A DNA stretch of 64,000 nt from an uncultured Chloroflexia bacterium (lineage in GTDB: Bacteria > Chloroflexota > Chloroflexia > Thermomicrobiales > UBA6265). The notes under the pieces are model-generated. The model saw only the letters and a program-made list of their open reading frames with translations, did not search any database and was not told the origin of the DNA. Shown in pieces: positions 29,643-39,446 of the stretch (position 1 is the stretch's first letter; each line of letters starts with the position of its first letter). Location of the stretch: contig CAVTUU010000001.1 in assembly GCA_963737985.1 (NCBI GenBank), positions 130,414 through 194,413 on the forward strand, read 5' to 3'. The position numbers and the translations under genes are program-made.

Positions 29643-29806
29643 CAGGGCTGGCGAAAGGGAAGCACTGGCTCGCTAAATTAGGACCTACGGTCAAATCTGT
29701 GCGTTGCCGATCCTTCAGCGGGTCTGTAGGGTGAAATCAGCAGGTATGCGCCAATCTCGATGCGTCGTCGATCTGTTGCGCGTCGAGTGCTCGAGCGCTT
29801 AGGTAG

Positions 29807-30928
29807 GTGCAAATGATCGACTCTTGGATGAATTTCATAAGATGGTTGATCATCGCATTGGTTTCAATAGCGCACTTCAATCCCCTGATTAATCTTCCCG
29901 GTTCTTGGTCAATTGATTCCGTTACCTCGGCCATAAGCGGCGAAACTGTCGATGATATTGAAAATCCGGACGATATCACCGACGTCGTCGATGATCCATC
30001 GCTACTTCCACCCGAAGATCCCGCGGTAGTGGACAATCCCGACGGTCCTGGTGGACCAGATACCGGTCCTGGTGTGATTTCGGACCCTGCGTCGGATGAT
30101 CCCGAAGCGACAACTGAAACTGAGACGCCGACTCCGACAGAAACGGAGACACCGACCGGAACGGCAACAAGTGCAGCGACGTCAACGGCAGCTCCGACCG
30201 AAACGGCGACAGCGCTGGCGCCTGCAACGCCACGATTTGACGATCTTGTCTTACGATTTCTGCCCGAAATTCTTCAGGCGAGTGCTGTTCACGGCGTTCC
30301 TGCCAGCCTCCTGGCCGCCGAAGTTATGGTCCACTCAGGTGGATACCCCGCACTTGCCGGACCAGGCAACCGCTTTGGGCTTGCTCAGGTGCCAGGTAGC
30401 GCTCCCGCATTGTATGAACCGATGACGAATCTCGATGCTGGAGCCGCGCGACTCGCAGGATTTAAGGCACAAAAGGGAACATGGAACAGCGCGATCGATG
30501 CCGATTTGGCCGGACTCTGCGACGCACCGTGTATCCAGCAATTATCAACCGCGGTTCGTGAATGGCGATCCTATTACAACCGTATACTCGCGCATCCGAC
30601 GGCTTTTGGATTCGTTCAACTTCCTGACGATTGGCAACTGCCGCAATTTGGAGTGAAAGTCATAACGACGCCGCTTCCCGCCGTCTATCCTCCTGGTCAT
30701 CAGAATCCCACATCTACACCGACATCGAGTCCAAGTCAGACGCCGACCGATGAGCCAACAGTCACCGCAACTGAACTTCCAACTGAAACACCAACAGAGA
30801 CGATGACGATTGTTCCTACTGAGACGCCAACCGAGACACCAACGCCGACAGCGTCACCAACTCCGACCTTGACTTTGACATCGACACCCACACCTTCGCC
30901 GACGTCCACAACAACTCCGAGTCCGTAA
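29807..30928 (+). CDS. Secreted Thr/Pro-rich protein with degenerate lytic-transglycosylase (SLT)-like domain
   Basis: Hydrophobic N-terminus; two T/P/E low-complexity tracts; HGVPASLLAA..VHSGG, FGLAQV, EPMTNLDAGA. Confidence 0.6.
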   Translation: MQMIDSWMNFIRWLIIALVSIAHFNPLINLPGSWSIDSVTSAISGETVDDIENPDDITDVVDDPSLLPPEDPAVVDNPDGPGGPDTGPGVISDPASDDPEATTETETPTPTETETPTGTATSAATSTAAPTETATALAPATPRFDDLVLRFLPEILQASAVHGVPASLLAAEVMVHSGGYPALAGPGNRFGLAQVPGSAPALYEPMTNLDAGAARLAGFKAQKGTWNSAIDADLAGLCDAPCIQQLSTAVREWRSYYNRILAHPTAFGFVQLPDDWQLPQFGVKVITTPLPAVYPPGHQNPTSTPTSSPSQTPTDEPTVTATELPTETPTETMTIVPTETPTETPTPTASPTPTLTLTSTPTPSPTSTTTPSP

Positions 30929-30953
30929 TTCGTTTGGAATCACGACATCTTCG

Positions 30954-32483
30954 TCATCTCGGGCTTACTCCAAGAATGTCGGCAATAGTCTCGGCGAGAA
31001 TTCGGGCGCCAACGGCGATTTGATCGCGCTCGACGAATTCGTGCGGCTCATGAGCGAACGCGCCCGCGGGCCCAAATTCCACCAAGGTCTTGATGTTTCC
31101 CTTGTGGATCATGACGGTGGCATCAGTGCCACCGGGACATGTCTCAATCCACGGCCTGAATCCTGAGACCGCCTCCCCGTGAGCAATGATGGCTTGAACG
31201 AGTGGATCGGCGAACGCTTCCGCTTGCGACTCCGCGATTGCGCAGGGAGGTCCGCCGCCTAAAAGAGAAGCGCTTACTTCGGACGAGGTCAGTCCGGTCT
31301 GTTGAATTGCAAAGCGTTCAATGGTCTCGGCGATTCGAGAACCAATAGTTTCCTGATTTTTGTCGGCGGGCCGGGGATGCCGGCAATCAATTGTGGCCTC
31401 ACACCAATCTGAAACAACGTTGATTCCTGCGCGTGAAACGATTCGTCCATCCGATGTCTGTCGCACCGATTCGATACCGCCACCCACGATCGTGGTGCCG
31501 AGCGCGAGCGTCGCCGGTTCGAGCAAATCATCAGTAAAGAGATGAGACAGTTCCTCTGCAAGCTCTTCGGAATGAGAATCGAGCGCATGAAGCACAACTG
31601 CCATGCGAGTCACTGCGCTTGCGCCTAGGTATGGTGTCGCGGCGTGAGCCGACTGACCGAAGGTGCGAATGAGCAATTGACTGATTCCGCGGTGGCCCAC
31701 AATTGGCACAAATCCATATGAGCCATCGAGAGCAATGCCGGTTATGCCATCGCGAAACTGGAGACCTGGAGTTAGAGGTGGAAGCAATCCTTTTTGATCG
31801 AGCCAGCACCCTTCTCCGCCGGCGAACGCGTGCGTGCCGGCCATTTCTTGTTCTTCGTCGATCACGAATCCACAGACAAGCGTACCGTTGAGTCGCAGCT
31901 CCGAGCGAAAGAGTGCGTCCGCGAGAGCGACAGTTGCAAGATATGCGACCGCTACTGGACCTTTGTTGTCGAATGATCCTCGTCCATAGATGGCGGGCGC
32001 CGATTTAAAGGTTCGGGCTTCCCAGAGTCGGCTATAGCGAGGTCGAATTAAGCGCTCAATAGCGTCATCCCCAACACTAAGCCGAACTCGATTTTCACCG
32101 AGGTATTCAACAGTCCCGTCAATCGCAGCCAGTGGATCCCCGGTAAACCACTGATCGGGATTGCCGAGCGGCACTGTGTCGACGTGGGCATCCAACACAA
32201 ATGCCATTCCAGGCCGACCTTCGATTGTTGCATATATGTTCTCGCGCTCAGCTTCAACGGTCTGAAAGTCGCGAGAGAGGTTTGCTTCTTCAGAAAGCAT
32301 TTCCCAGATGAGTCCGCTGATGGTTTCAGGTCGACTGTGGGATCCCTCATTACCGGTAAGACTCTCCGTACGAATGAGTAGGCGGAGCAGCTCGATGGTT
32401 TTGTTTTCACGTTCGTCGATGGATGCTTGAATTGACTCGCTCAAACGAGTCCGCTGTTGCAGCTCCATTGTGTTTTCAACCAT
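30954..32483 (-). CDS. M20 family metallo-hydrolase (ArgE/DapE-like)
   Basis: DAHVDTV, IYGRGSFDNKG, DEE, GQSAHAATPYLG, GGTDA, FGP..AHEPHE; GAGGAG RBS. Confidence 0.85.
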   Translation of the reverse strand: MVENTMELQQRTRLSESIQASIDERENKTIELLRLLIRTESLTGNEGSHSRPETISGLIWEMLSEEANLSRDFQTVEAERENIYATIEGRPGMAFVLDAHVDTVPLGNPDQWFTGDPLAAIDGTVEYLGENRVRLSVGDDAIERLIRPRYSRLWEARTFKSAPAIYGRGSFDNKGPVAVAYLATVALADALFRSELRLNGTLVCGFVIDEEQEMAGTHAFAGGEGCWLDQKGLLPPLTPGLQFRDGITGIALDGSYGFVPIVGHRGISQLLIRTFGQSAHAATPYLGASAVTRMAVVLHALDSHSEELAEELSHLFTDDLLEPATLALGTTIVGGGIESVRQTSDGRIVSRAGINVVSDWCEATIDCRHPRPADKNQETIGSRIAETIERFAIQQTGLTSSEVSASLLGGGPPCAIAESQAEAFADPLVQAIIAHGEAVSGFRPWIETCPGGTDATVMIHKGNIKTLVEFGPAGAFAHEPHEFVERDQIAVGARILAETIADILGVSPR

Positions 32484-32661
32484 TCGAAAGCGTCTCCTCG
32501 CGTTTCGGATCATTCTCGAAATCGGAGGCTGTGATCTTCGCACAAGGCACAAAGTCGCCAATGGCAACTAGGGGGCCAAGCGGTAATTCGGAGCTGCATG
32601 AAATGAGAAGGCCAGCGACGAAGACGCCGCTGGTCACAATCTTAAAATGAAATGACGGAGT

Positions 32662-32844
32662 TTACGGAACTCGTTTTCTATACATTGTCTCAGAACCTGC
32701 CATGACAGACGCTCCAATTGGCAACGCAATCAGGGCGGCGATGATCTGAAGTGGGGACGGCAAAAAGGCGAGAATGGCAGCTAGCAAGACCAAGCTCGAA
32801 GCGATTCCAATTGCTGTTCGTCCAACGCTTTTCGGTGCTCTCAT
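32662..32844 (-). CDS. Small two-TM membrane protein, function unknown
   Basis: 60 aa, two hydrophobic segments, GAGGA RBS; a hairpin with U-rich tail follows at ~32600-32635. Confidence 0.55.
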   Translation of the reverse strand: MRAPKSVGRTAIGIASSLVLLAAILAFLPSPLQIIAALIALPIGASVMAGSETMYRKRVP

Positions 32845-33033
32845 GGCAGTCCTCGGCAGTGAAATCAATCCCGATAAGTGCTCATCTATGCTATGAGTCA
32901 GTGCCGCATGAGACTACCATCGAGTCTGGCGCTTTGGTTCTACATTCGATCGGTACTTTCGACTGCTTTGACTACCAATCGGCGCTGAGTAACTCCTGCC
33001 GGAAAGTGATTTTGCCGGCATCTGGGAGGCGAC

Positions 33034-33672
33034 ATGACCGACCGTCGAAAACTCGCCGCCGAACAGCCACCAAAGCCGTCGAAATGGCCACGAACGTCCA
33101 GACGACGCAATCGCATCGAGCAGGTTATCAATCGACGACAACCGGATCTCACTGTCGTTCTCGAAAATGTTCACGACCCACATAATGCAAGCGCCGTTCT
33201 TAGATCGTGCGACGCCGTCGGAATTCTTCGAGTTTGTCTCGTTTACACAACCGAAACGCCACCGGCTGCTTTTGCTCGGACGACATCGGCGAGCGCGGCA
33301 AAGTGGATTGAGATTGAGCTATTCGATTCCATTTCGAGCTGTTACTCGTCGTTAAGGTCGGCGGGGTTTTCGATTTATTCAACGGCTATTTCCGACCACT
33401 CTCGCGGTCTCTACGAGGTCGATCTTTCAGTTCCGTTGGCAGTTGTCTTCGGAAATGAGATGCGCGGGCTATCGGACGAAGCTGTTGAACTATCTGATGG
33501 CTCGCTAACGATTCCCATGATGGGCATGGTGCAAAGTCTCAATATTTCGGTAGCTTGTGCGGTGACGTTGTATGAAGCATTGAGGCAACGAAAAGAAAAG
33601 GGGATGTATGAGGAACCCCGTGTCTCTACTCTACTGCGACGAGCAATGATTGACGATTGGTTGAAAAGGTGA
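33034..33672 (+). CDS. trmH: TrmH/SpoU-family tRNA (Gm18) 2'-O-methyltransferase
   Basis: VLENVHDPHNASAVLRSCDAVG, VFGNEMRG, IPMMGMVQSLNISVA, YEALRQR. Confidence 0.9.
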   Translation: MTDRRKLAAEQPPKPSKWPRTSRRRNRIEQVINRRQPDLTVVLENVHDPHNASAVLRSCDAVGILRVCLVYTTETPPAAFARTTSASAAKWIEIELFDSISSCYSSLRSAGFSIYSTAISDHSRGLYEVDLSVPLAVVFGNEMRGLSDEAVELSDGSLTIPMMGMVQSLNISVACAVTLYEALRQRKEKGMYEEPRVSTLLRRAMIDDWLKR

Positions 33673-33683
33673 TGAGAGGAATT

Positions 33684-34178
33684 TCAGAGAAACCGTTCAT
33701 GGGCGCCAGGTTCGATGTGGTCCCAGTCCTTAGGAAAATAACGACGATCAACCCACCTGAAGGCCAGTAGGAACAAAAGAGTGCCTACCGCTGCCGCAAT
33801 CGGTAACAAGAAGAAACCAGCGCCAATTAGCATCCCGAGAGAAGCTGTCACCCAAATGCCCGCTGCGGTCGTCAGGTACCGTACACTTCGACCAGTCGCG
33901 AGTATGACTCCTCCCGCGAGAAAGCCAATTCCTTGGACGATAGTTGAACCAATGCGGGACGGATCATAGTTCAGATTCCCCGACTTGACCACTTCACCGC
34001 CGAGGAGAATTGACCCGACCATGAAGAGAGCCGCGCCTTCGCAAACGAGCGCGTAGGTGCGGACTCCCGCGGGTTTGTTTTGCCATTCGCGTTCTAAACC
34101 GATCCCAGCGCCGAGTGCGAGTGCAATTCCAGCGCGGATGATGGCATCGGTTTGGGTGACCGTATAGAGGTCTGCCAT
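33684..34178 (-). CDS. MgtC/SapB family membrane protein
   Basis: IGLERE..KPAGVRT, DPSRI, GIGFLAGG, LTTAAGIW. Confidence 0.92.
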   Translation of the reverse strand: MADLYTVTQTDAIIRAGIALALGAGIGLEREWQNKPAGVRTYALVCEGAALFMVGSILLGGEVVKSGNLNYDPSRIGSTIVQGIGFLAGGVILATGRSVRYLTTAAGIWVTASLGMLIGAGFFLLPIAAAVGTLLFLLAFRWVDRRYFPKDWDHIEPGAHERFL

Positions 34179-34239
34179 CGCGGAACGTGGTCCAATCTAC
34201 GAACGATCATGGTCAGGAGACTGCTTCCGAGTCGAAACG

Positions 34240-34785
34240 TTAGAACTGGAGCCGGATGTTTTGCTCGTCGCCGCTTCTTAATACTCGAATGTCGACTCCG
34301 TCGCCCGCCTTCAAAGTCTCGATCATTTGGTCGAGCATTGCCATGTCACGAACTCGCTTTCCGGCTAAGCCCGCGATGATGTCTCCAGGTTTCAGTCCGG
34401 ACTTTTCGGCGACCGAATTTGGCCGAACTTGCCCCACGTAAACACCCTTCGCGCCCACTGGCGCATTGGCCGCAGCCTCAGGATGCTGCTGCAGATATGC
34501 CTCCGCATTAGCTCCGAGGACTCCCAACGGTGGGCGTTTGGGACCGGAAAATTTATCGGCGATGCGGGCGAGACGCGCTTGATCGAAACCTACAATGACT
34601 TCGTCTTCAGTCGTGATGACCGGCACGCCTTGCTGACCCGACCGGCGAACCATTTCCATCGCGGCCCCGTAGTCATTTGAAACGTCTTTGACGACAAATG
34701 GCACGTTGCGCGAGGTGAGATATTCCTTTGTTCGATCACACCAAGGACAGGTGTTTGTGCTGTAGACCGTGACTTGTGGTTCCAT
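34240..34785 (-). CDS. Glutaredoxin (NrdH/YruB-like) - PDZ fusion protein
   Basis: VYSTNTCPWC, SGQQGVPVI, IVGFD; then LGVLG...GVYVGQVRPNSVAEKSGLKPGDII. Confidence 0.85.
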   Translation of the reverse strand: MEPQVTVYSTNTCPWCDRTKEYLTSRNVPFVVKDVSNDYGAAMEMVRRSGQQGVPVITTEDEVIVGFDQARLARIADKFSGPKRPPLGVLGANAEAYLQQHPEAAANAPVGAKGVYVGQVRPNSVAEKSGLKPGDIIAGLAGKRVRDMAMLDQMIETLKAGDGVDIRVLRSGDEQNIRLQF

Positions 34786-34797
34786 GCTGCATTGCCC

Positions 34798-36135
34798 TTA
34801 GAATTCGAATGGCAAGTTTTTGGGAACTTTGCCTTTCTTGGCCATTGCCCCGAACTGCCCCATCATCTTCTGCATCTGTTTGAATTGGGAGAGGATCTGA
34901 TTCACGTCGGCATTAGAAGTTCCGCTCCCACGGGCGATACGTCGCCGCCGGCTGCCACTAATGATCTCAGGATTTCGACGCTCCTTTGGGGTCATCGAGT
35001 GGATGATTCCTTCGAGGCGCTTGTAATCATCGTCAGAAATTTGCGCTTTGGCCTGCCTCATTTGCGATCCCAAACCAGGGATCATGTCGAGCAATTGGCC
35101 CAGGGGACCCATCTTTTTGATCTTCTGCAATTGATCCAGAAAATCTTCGAGATCAAACTGGCCTTTGATCAAGCGATCTTGAAGACGCTGGGCTTCCTTT
35201 TCGTCGGTCTGTTCCTGAGCGCGCTCTACCAGTGAAACTATATCGCCCATTCCCAGAATTCGGCCGGCGAGGCGTTCAGGGTAAAACGGTTCGAGGGCGT
35301 CTACTTTTTCACCCGTCCCAATAAACTTAATCGGGACACCGGTCACCGCGCGGATCGAGAGAGCTGCGCCACCCCGAGCGTCGCCATCCATCTTCGTGAG
35401 AATGAGTCCGGTGACGCCGAGACGGTCGTGGAAGGTTTCCGCGACTCCGACTGCCTCTTGACCAGTCATTGCGTCTGCGACCAGGAGGATCTCCGTCGGA
35501 TTAATCTTGGATTTGACGTCAACGAGTTCCTGCATCATCCGTTCGTCGATTTGCAAACGTCCGGCGGTGTCAACGATGACCGGATTGAATCCGCGTTCTC
35601 GCGCGAATTTCAGGCCATTCGCCGCGATGTCGACGGGATTTTTGGTCGTACCTTCGTCATAGACCGGGACGTTGATTTGCCGCCCAAGCGACTGGAGCTG
35701 ATTCACCGCTGCCGGTCGATAGACGTCGCCGGCGATCAGTAGGGGATTTCGCCCTTCTTTCCGCAAATGGACGGCGAGTTTCGCCGCGTGCGTCGTCTTT
35801 CCCGATCCCTGAAGTCCAACAAGCATGAGAATCTGCGGGGGTTTCTCGGGATTCTTCAATGGGACCCGGTCGGTGCCGAGGACCTTGATGAGTTCCTCAT
35901 TCACGATACCGATCGCCGTCTGACCCGGCGTCAGTGATCCCAGTACTTCTTGGCCGACGGAACGTTCGCGAACCGCGGCGACGAAATCCTTCGTGACTTT
36001 GAAATTGACGTCGGCTTCAAGCAGTGCGCGACGAACTTCGCGCATTGCTTCGTCGACATCTTTTTCCGTTAGGCGGCCCTTGCGTGAAAGCCGGCCAAAT
36101 GTTTCATTTAATCGGTCGGAAAGTGATTCAAACAT
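34798..36135 (-). CDS. ffh: Signal recognition particle protein Ffh
   Basis: MFESLSDRL, ALLEADV, GLQGSGKTT, DTAGR, TKMDGDARGG, Met-rich M domain with RRRRIARGSG. Confidence 0.98.
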   Translation of the reverse strand: MFESLSDRLNETFGRLSRKGRLTEKDVDEAMREVRRALLEADVNFKVTKDFVAAVRERSVGQEVLGSLTPGQTAIGIVNEELIKVLGTDRVPLKNPEKPPQILMLVGLQGSGKTTHAAKLAVHLRKEGRNPLLIAGDVYRPAAVNQLQSLGRQINVPVYDEGTTKNPVDIAANGLKFARERGFNPVIVDTAGRLQIDERMMQELVDVKSKINPTEILLVADAMTGQEAVGVAETFHDRLGVTGLILTKMDGDARGGAALSIRAVTGVPIKFIGTGEKVDALEPFYPERLAGRILGMGDIVSLVERAQEQTDEKEAQRLQDRLIKGQFDLEDFLDQLQKIKKMGPLGQLLDMIPGLGSQMRQAKAQISDDDYKRLEGIIHSMTPKERRNPEIISGSRRRRIARGSGTSNADVNQILSQFKQMQKMMGQFGAMAKKGKVPKNLPFEF

Positions 36136-36148
36136 GAATATGCCTCGA

Positions 36149-37114
36149 TTAGAGACCGTCGCCGACGCCGAAGAACAACGAGTCGACATACGTGTCCGGT
36201 TTAAATTCTGCTAGGTCTGTCGCCTTTTCACCTGTCCCAATGTAAGAGATTGGGGTGCCGAGCTCCTTTGCGACTGAGAAGGCGATGCCGCCCTTTGCGG
36301 TTCCGTCGAGCTTGGCAATCATAATGTCAGTGATTTCGACGGACTCGGCAAATTTCTTTGCCTGCACCAGACCATTCTGGCCGGTCGTTGCGTCGATAAC
36401 CAATAACACTTCTTGAGGAGCTTCGGGGACATGCCGTTGCATGATTCGACGAATTTTTCGCAGTTCTTCCATCAGATTGAACTTCGTGTGGAGTCTGCCA
36501 GCGGTATCGACAATCAGGACATCGTAGTTGCGATTATGTGCCGCTTCCATGGCGTCGAACACGACCGCGCCAGGATCAGAACCTTGCTGATGGGCAATGA
36601 CCGGACAGTCGAGTCGCTCACCCCAAATCTTGAGCTGATCGATTGCGGCAGCGCGGAAAGTATCGCCTGCCGCCAACATGACTTGGCGTCCGAATCGCTT
36701 GTGATAGGCAGCGAGCTTGGCAATGGAAGTCGTTTTTCCGACTCCATTTACTCCAGCGACCATGATCACGAACGGCGTTCCGCGCTGGAGAATCTTGACC
36801 TTTCTGTTTCTGGTCGCCAGCTCGAGCAGTTCGATCATTTCGATGCGCAGAATCTCTCGCGCATCAGCTGGATCACTGATTCGATCTCGCTCTACGCGTG
36901 CCCGGAGATCTCCAACGAGCTTCTGACTGACATCCCAGCCAACATCGGCTTGGATGAGAAGCATTTCAAGATCTTCGTATAAGTCTTCGTCGATATCGGA
37001 TCGATCAAAGAGGCGAGTAATTTCACTAAATACTCCGCGTCGCGTTTTCTCCAGCCCCTGCTCCAATTGGATATCAGGTTCTGCGCGGCGTCGGAAGAGA
37101 CGGCTGAAAACCAC
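36149..37114 (-). CDS. ftsY: SRP receptor FtsY (NG domains only)
   Basis: GLEKTR, LIQADVG, GVNGVGKTT, DTFRAAA, DTAGR, DATTGQN, KLDGTAKGG. Confidence 0.97.
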   Translation of the reverse strand: MVFSRLFRRRAEPDIQLEQGLEKTRRGVFSEITRLFDRSDIDEDLYEDLEMLLIQADVGWDVSQKLVGDLRARVERDRISDPADAREILRIEMIELLELATRNRKVKILQRGTPFVIMVAGVNGVGKTTSIAKLAAYHKRFGRQVMLAAGDTFRAAAIDQLKIWGERLDCPVIAHQQGSDPGAVVFDAMEAAHNRNYDVLIVDTAGRLHTKFNLMEELRKIRRIMQRHVPEAPQEVLLVIDATTGQNGLVQAKKFAESVEITDIMIAKLDGTAKGGIAFSVAKELGTPISYIGTGEKATDLAEFKPDTYVDSLFFGVGDGL

Positions 37115-37302
37115 CGGGGCTCCTCTCGGAGGAAGAACAACGGCCAGATGTGGCCATTTTCGAGGTTCAAGAAGACGCGCCGCACTGGGCGGCGCGCTCG
37201 GAATTATAACATCGCCCAGTCATCCCAAGCCCGATTTTCTAGTCTGGTGTGGCGAAGACTTACCATCTGGCCAGGAGCACGAATTCGTGCGAAATTTTCA
37301 CC

Positions 37303-38568
37303 ATGCCCAACGCTACGCTTAACGACGAAGCATTGAACGCGCCCGCCGAAGAATCGACTTCGTCGCCGAACGCATCTGATCTCTCCCTTCCCGTTTATGT
37401 TCCCGCTGCCCTGCTCGCCTTTAGTCAGGGAATACTCCTAACGGTCCTGCCGCTGTTTGCCGAGAGTCTCGGAACTTCATATGGAATCGCAAGCCTCATT
37501 GTCGCCGCGGCAGCTCTTGGCACGCTTGTCACAGACGTACCTGCTGGAGCACTCTTGAACCGGCTGGGTCTGCGGCCGGCGATGATAGTCGGCGCCTCGC
37601 TCGTCGCAGTGGGAACCGCCGGGCTCATCGTCGATGGTCCGGTATCTGTCATCGTTGCACTGAGGATATTGGCAGGTGTCGGCACCGCGCTTTGGGGACT
37701 TTCGCGACATGCTTTTATCGCTTCAGCGACGGTCGCGACCGCGCGTGGCAAGGCCATCTCGGTCTTTGGCGGCATCAATCGAATGGGACTACTTGCTGGA
37801 CCGGCAATTGGCGGAGTAATCGCAACGGCGGTTGGATTCGATTGGGCATTTCTCGCCTCTGCAGCGATGGCTGGGTTGGCGCTCGCCGTCGCAATCCGAT
37901 ACGTCACTGTCGATTCACATGACGCGCGGACGGTTAGCGGTAGGGACCGATGGAGTCTGGTCCGTCGAGTCATTCGGGACAGTCGACGTGATCTAGGAGC
38001 CGCCAGCGTCGCGCAAACACTTGCACAGATGATTCGCGCCGGCCGTCAATTTATTTTGCCGATCTACGGTGCGACCGTGATCGGTCTCAGCGCAGCTCAG
38101 ATTGGCGTTATTGTTACCATCGCTTCAATTCTCGACGTTTTGATGTTCGTTCCGGCCGGCATTCTCATGGATCGTTTCGGAAGGAAAGTTGCGGCTGTCC
38201 CCAGTTTCGCCGTGATGGCGATCGGTGTCGGAATGATTCCCTTTGCGTCTTCGTATGCAGGACTGCTCTTTGCCGCTTGTGTCATTGGTCTGGGCAATGG
38301 ACTCGGGTCGGGCACGATGATGACGCTGGGCGCAGATTTGGCGCCCAGGGGCGCGACAGGTGAGTTTCTCGGCATTTGGCGCTTGGTTGGCGACGCCGGT
38401 GCGTTTTTCGGACCCATTGCCGTCGGCATCATCGCCTCGTCGACAAGTCTCAAAGGTAGCGCTTACCTCTTGTCGGCAATCGGAATCTCGGCGACATTCA
38501 CGCTTGCATTTCTCGTCAAGGAAACTCGGCAGCCCAATTTACGGGTCGTTTCGTCAAGCGGAGGTTAA
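37303..38568 (+). CDS. MFS transporter
   Basis: About 12 TM segments; motif-A-like GALLNRLGLR and GILMDRFGRK. Confidence 0.9.
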   Translation: MPNATLNDEALNAPAEESTSSPNASDLSLPVYVPAALLAFSQGILLTVLPLFAESLGTSYGIASLIVAAAALGTLVTDVPAGALLNRLGLRPAMIVGASLVAVGTAGLIVDGPVSVIVALRILAGVGTALWGLSRHAFIASATVATARGKAISVFGGINRMGLLAGPAIGGVIATAVGFDWAFLASAAMAGLALAVAIRYVTVDSHDARTVSGRDRWSLVRRVIRDSRRDLGAASVAQTLAQMIRAGRQFILPIYGATVIGLSAAQIGVIVTIASILDVLMFVPAGILMDRFGRKVAAVPSFAVMAIGVGMIPFASSYAGLLFAACVIGLGNGLGSGTMMTLGADLAPRGATGEFLGIWRLVGDAGAFFGPIAVGIIASSTSLKGSAYLLSAIGISATFTLAFLVKETRQPNLRVVSSSGG

Positions 38569-38573
38569 GTCAG

Positions 38574-39443
38574 ATGCCTATTTCGTTCGCCGCGATCGCT
38601 CCTCATGGTTTCCCGATCATTCCCGAATTAAGCGACGACGCCGAGGGCGCAACGAAAACGCGCGCTTCGATGGTCGAACTGGGAAATAGATTCAAAGAGT
38701 CGGGATCCGAGGTCATTGTGATCGCCGGGCCTCATGGCGTCCGGGTCGAGGGGATGATCTGCTTGGCGAATGTCGCACGTGCCGCGGGCACGCTTTTTTG
38801 GCACGACCGTAAAGTTGAGCTCAACGTTCCAGTTGATGCCAACTTGACTGACGAGATTGCCGCGAAAGCAAACGCTCGCAGGGTGCCGATTGCATTGGCA
38901 GGCTACGCCGGAAATCGGCGCGATCAAAGCGTAATTCCGATGGACTGGGGCGTTCTCACACCGCTGTGGTTCTTGGGACATGGGCGACAGATGGAGGGCT
39001 ATGGACACGTCTTGGCCGACGTGCCGGAAACTGACCTTGGAGCCCCTGTCGTCATTATCACTCCTTCGCGAAGTCTTCCTCGTGAATCAATCGTCGAGTT
39101 TGGACGGGCTATTGCCGATGCGGCGGCCGAAGATCCGCGCAAGGTTGCGTTCATCGCATCCTGTGATTGGGGTCATTGCCATCGAGCTGATGGACCTTAT
39201 GGTTTCCACGAAGCCTCGGCGCGAATCGACAAAGTGGTTGTCGACGCGATTGAAAGCAATGATCTTTACAGTCTGATCGATATCACCGAGCAAGACGCGA
39301 AAGACGCTGCGATCGACGGTCTGTGGCAAACGTTGATGCTCGCCGGAATTCTCGAAGGCGTGCCTATGAAGCACAATCTGCTGAGTTACGAGGCTCCATC
39401 CTATTATGGAATGATTGTCGCCACATATGAATTAGCCAACTAA
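38574..39443 (+). CDS. LigB/MEMO-fold (class III extradiol dioxygenase-like) protein
   Basis: AIAPHG, IAGPHG, MDWGVLTPLWFL, FIASCDWGH, GPYGF, SYEAPSYYGM. Confidence 0.75.
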   Translation: MPISFAAIAPHGFPIIPELSDDAEGATKTRASMVELGNRFKESGSEVIVIAGPHGVRVEGMICLANVARAAGTLFWHDRKVELNVPVDANLTDEIAAKANARRVPIALAGYAGNRRDQSVIPMDWGVLTPLWFLGHGRQMEGYGHVLADVPETDLGAPVVIITPSRSLPRESIVEFGRAIADAAAEDPRKVAFIASCDWGHCHRADGPYGFHEASARIDKVVVDAIESNDLYSLIDITEQDAKDAAIDGLWQTLMLAGILEGVPMKHNLLSYEAPSYYGMIVATYELAN

Positions 39444-39446
39444 GAG

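Noticed and set aside
29643..29806. Possible c-di-GMP-I or c-di-AMP riboswitch upstream of the SLT-like gene
   Set aside because: Only fragments resemble the consensus (GGCGAAA, GTTGCCGA, GGGTGAAATC); no room for the GAAA-capped P2 stem and the other conserved blocks are absent.
30100..30928. Repetitive ACN/CCN-rich DNA as a repeat element
   Set aside because: Explained by Thr/Pro-rich coding; synonymous codons vary.
34240..34785. Selenoprotein glutaredoxin
   Set aside because: Motif is CPWC with no in-frame TGA.
37115..37302. SRP RNA next to ftsY/ffh
   Set aside because: No CAGG..GGAA..AGCAG helix-8 motif seen on either strand.
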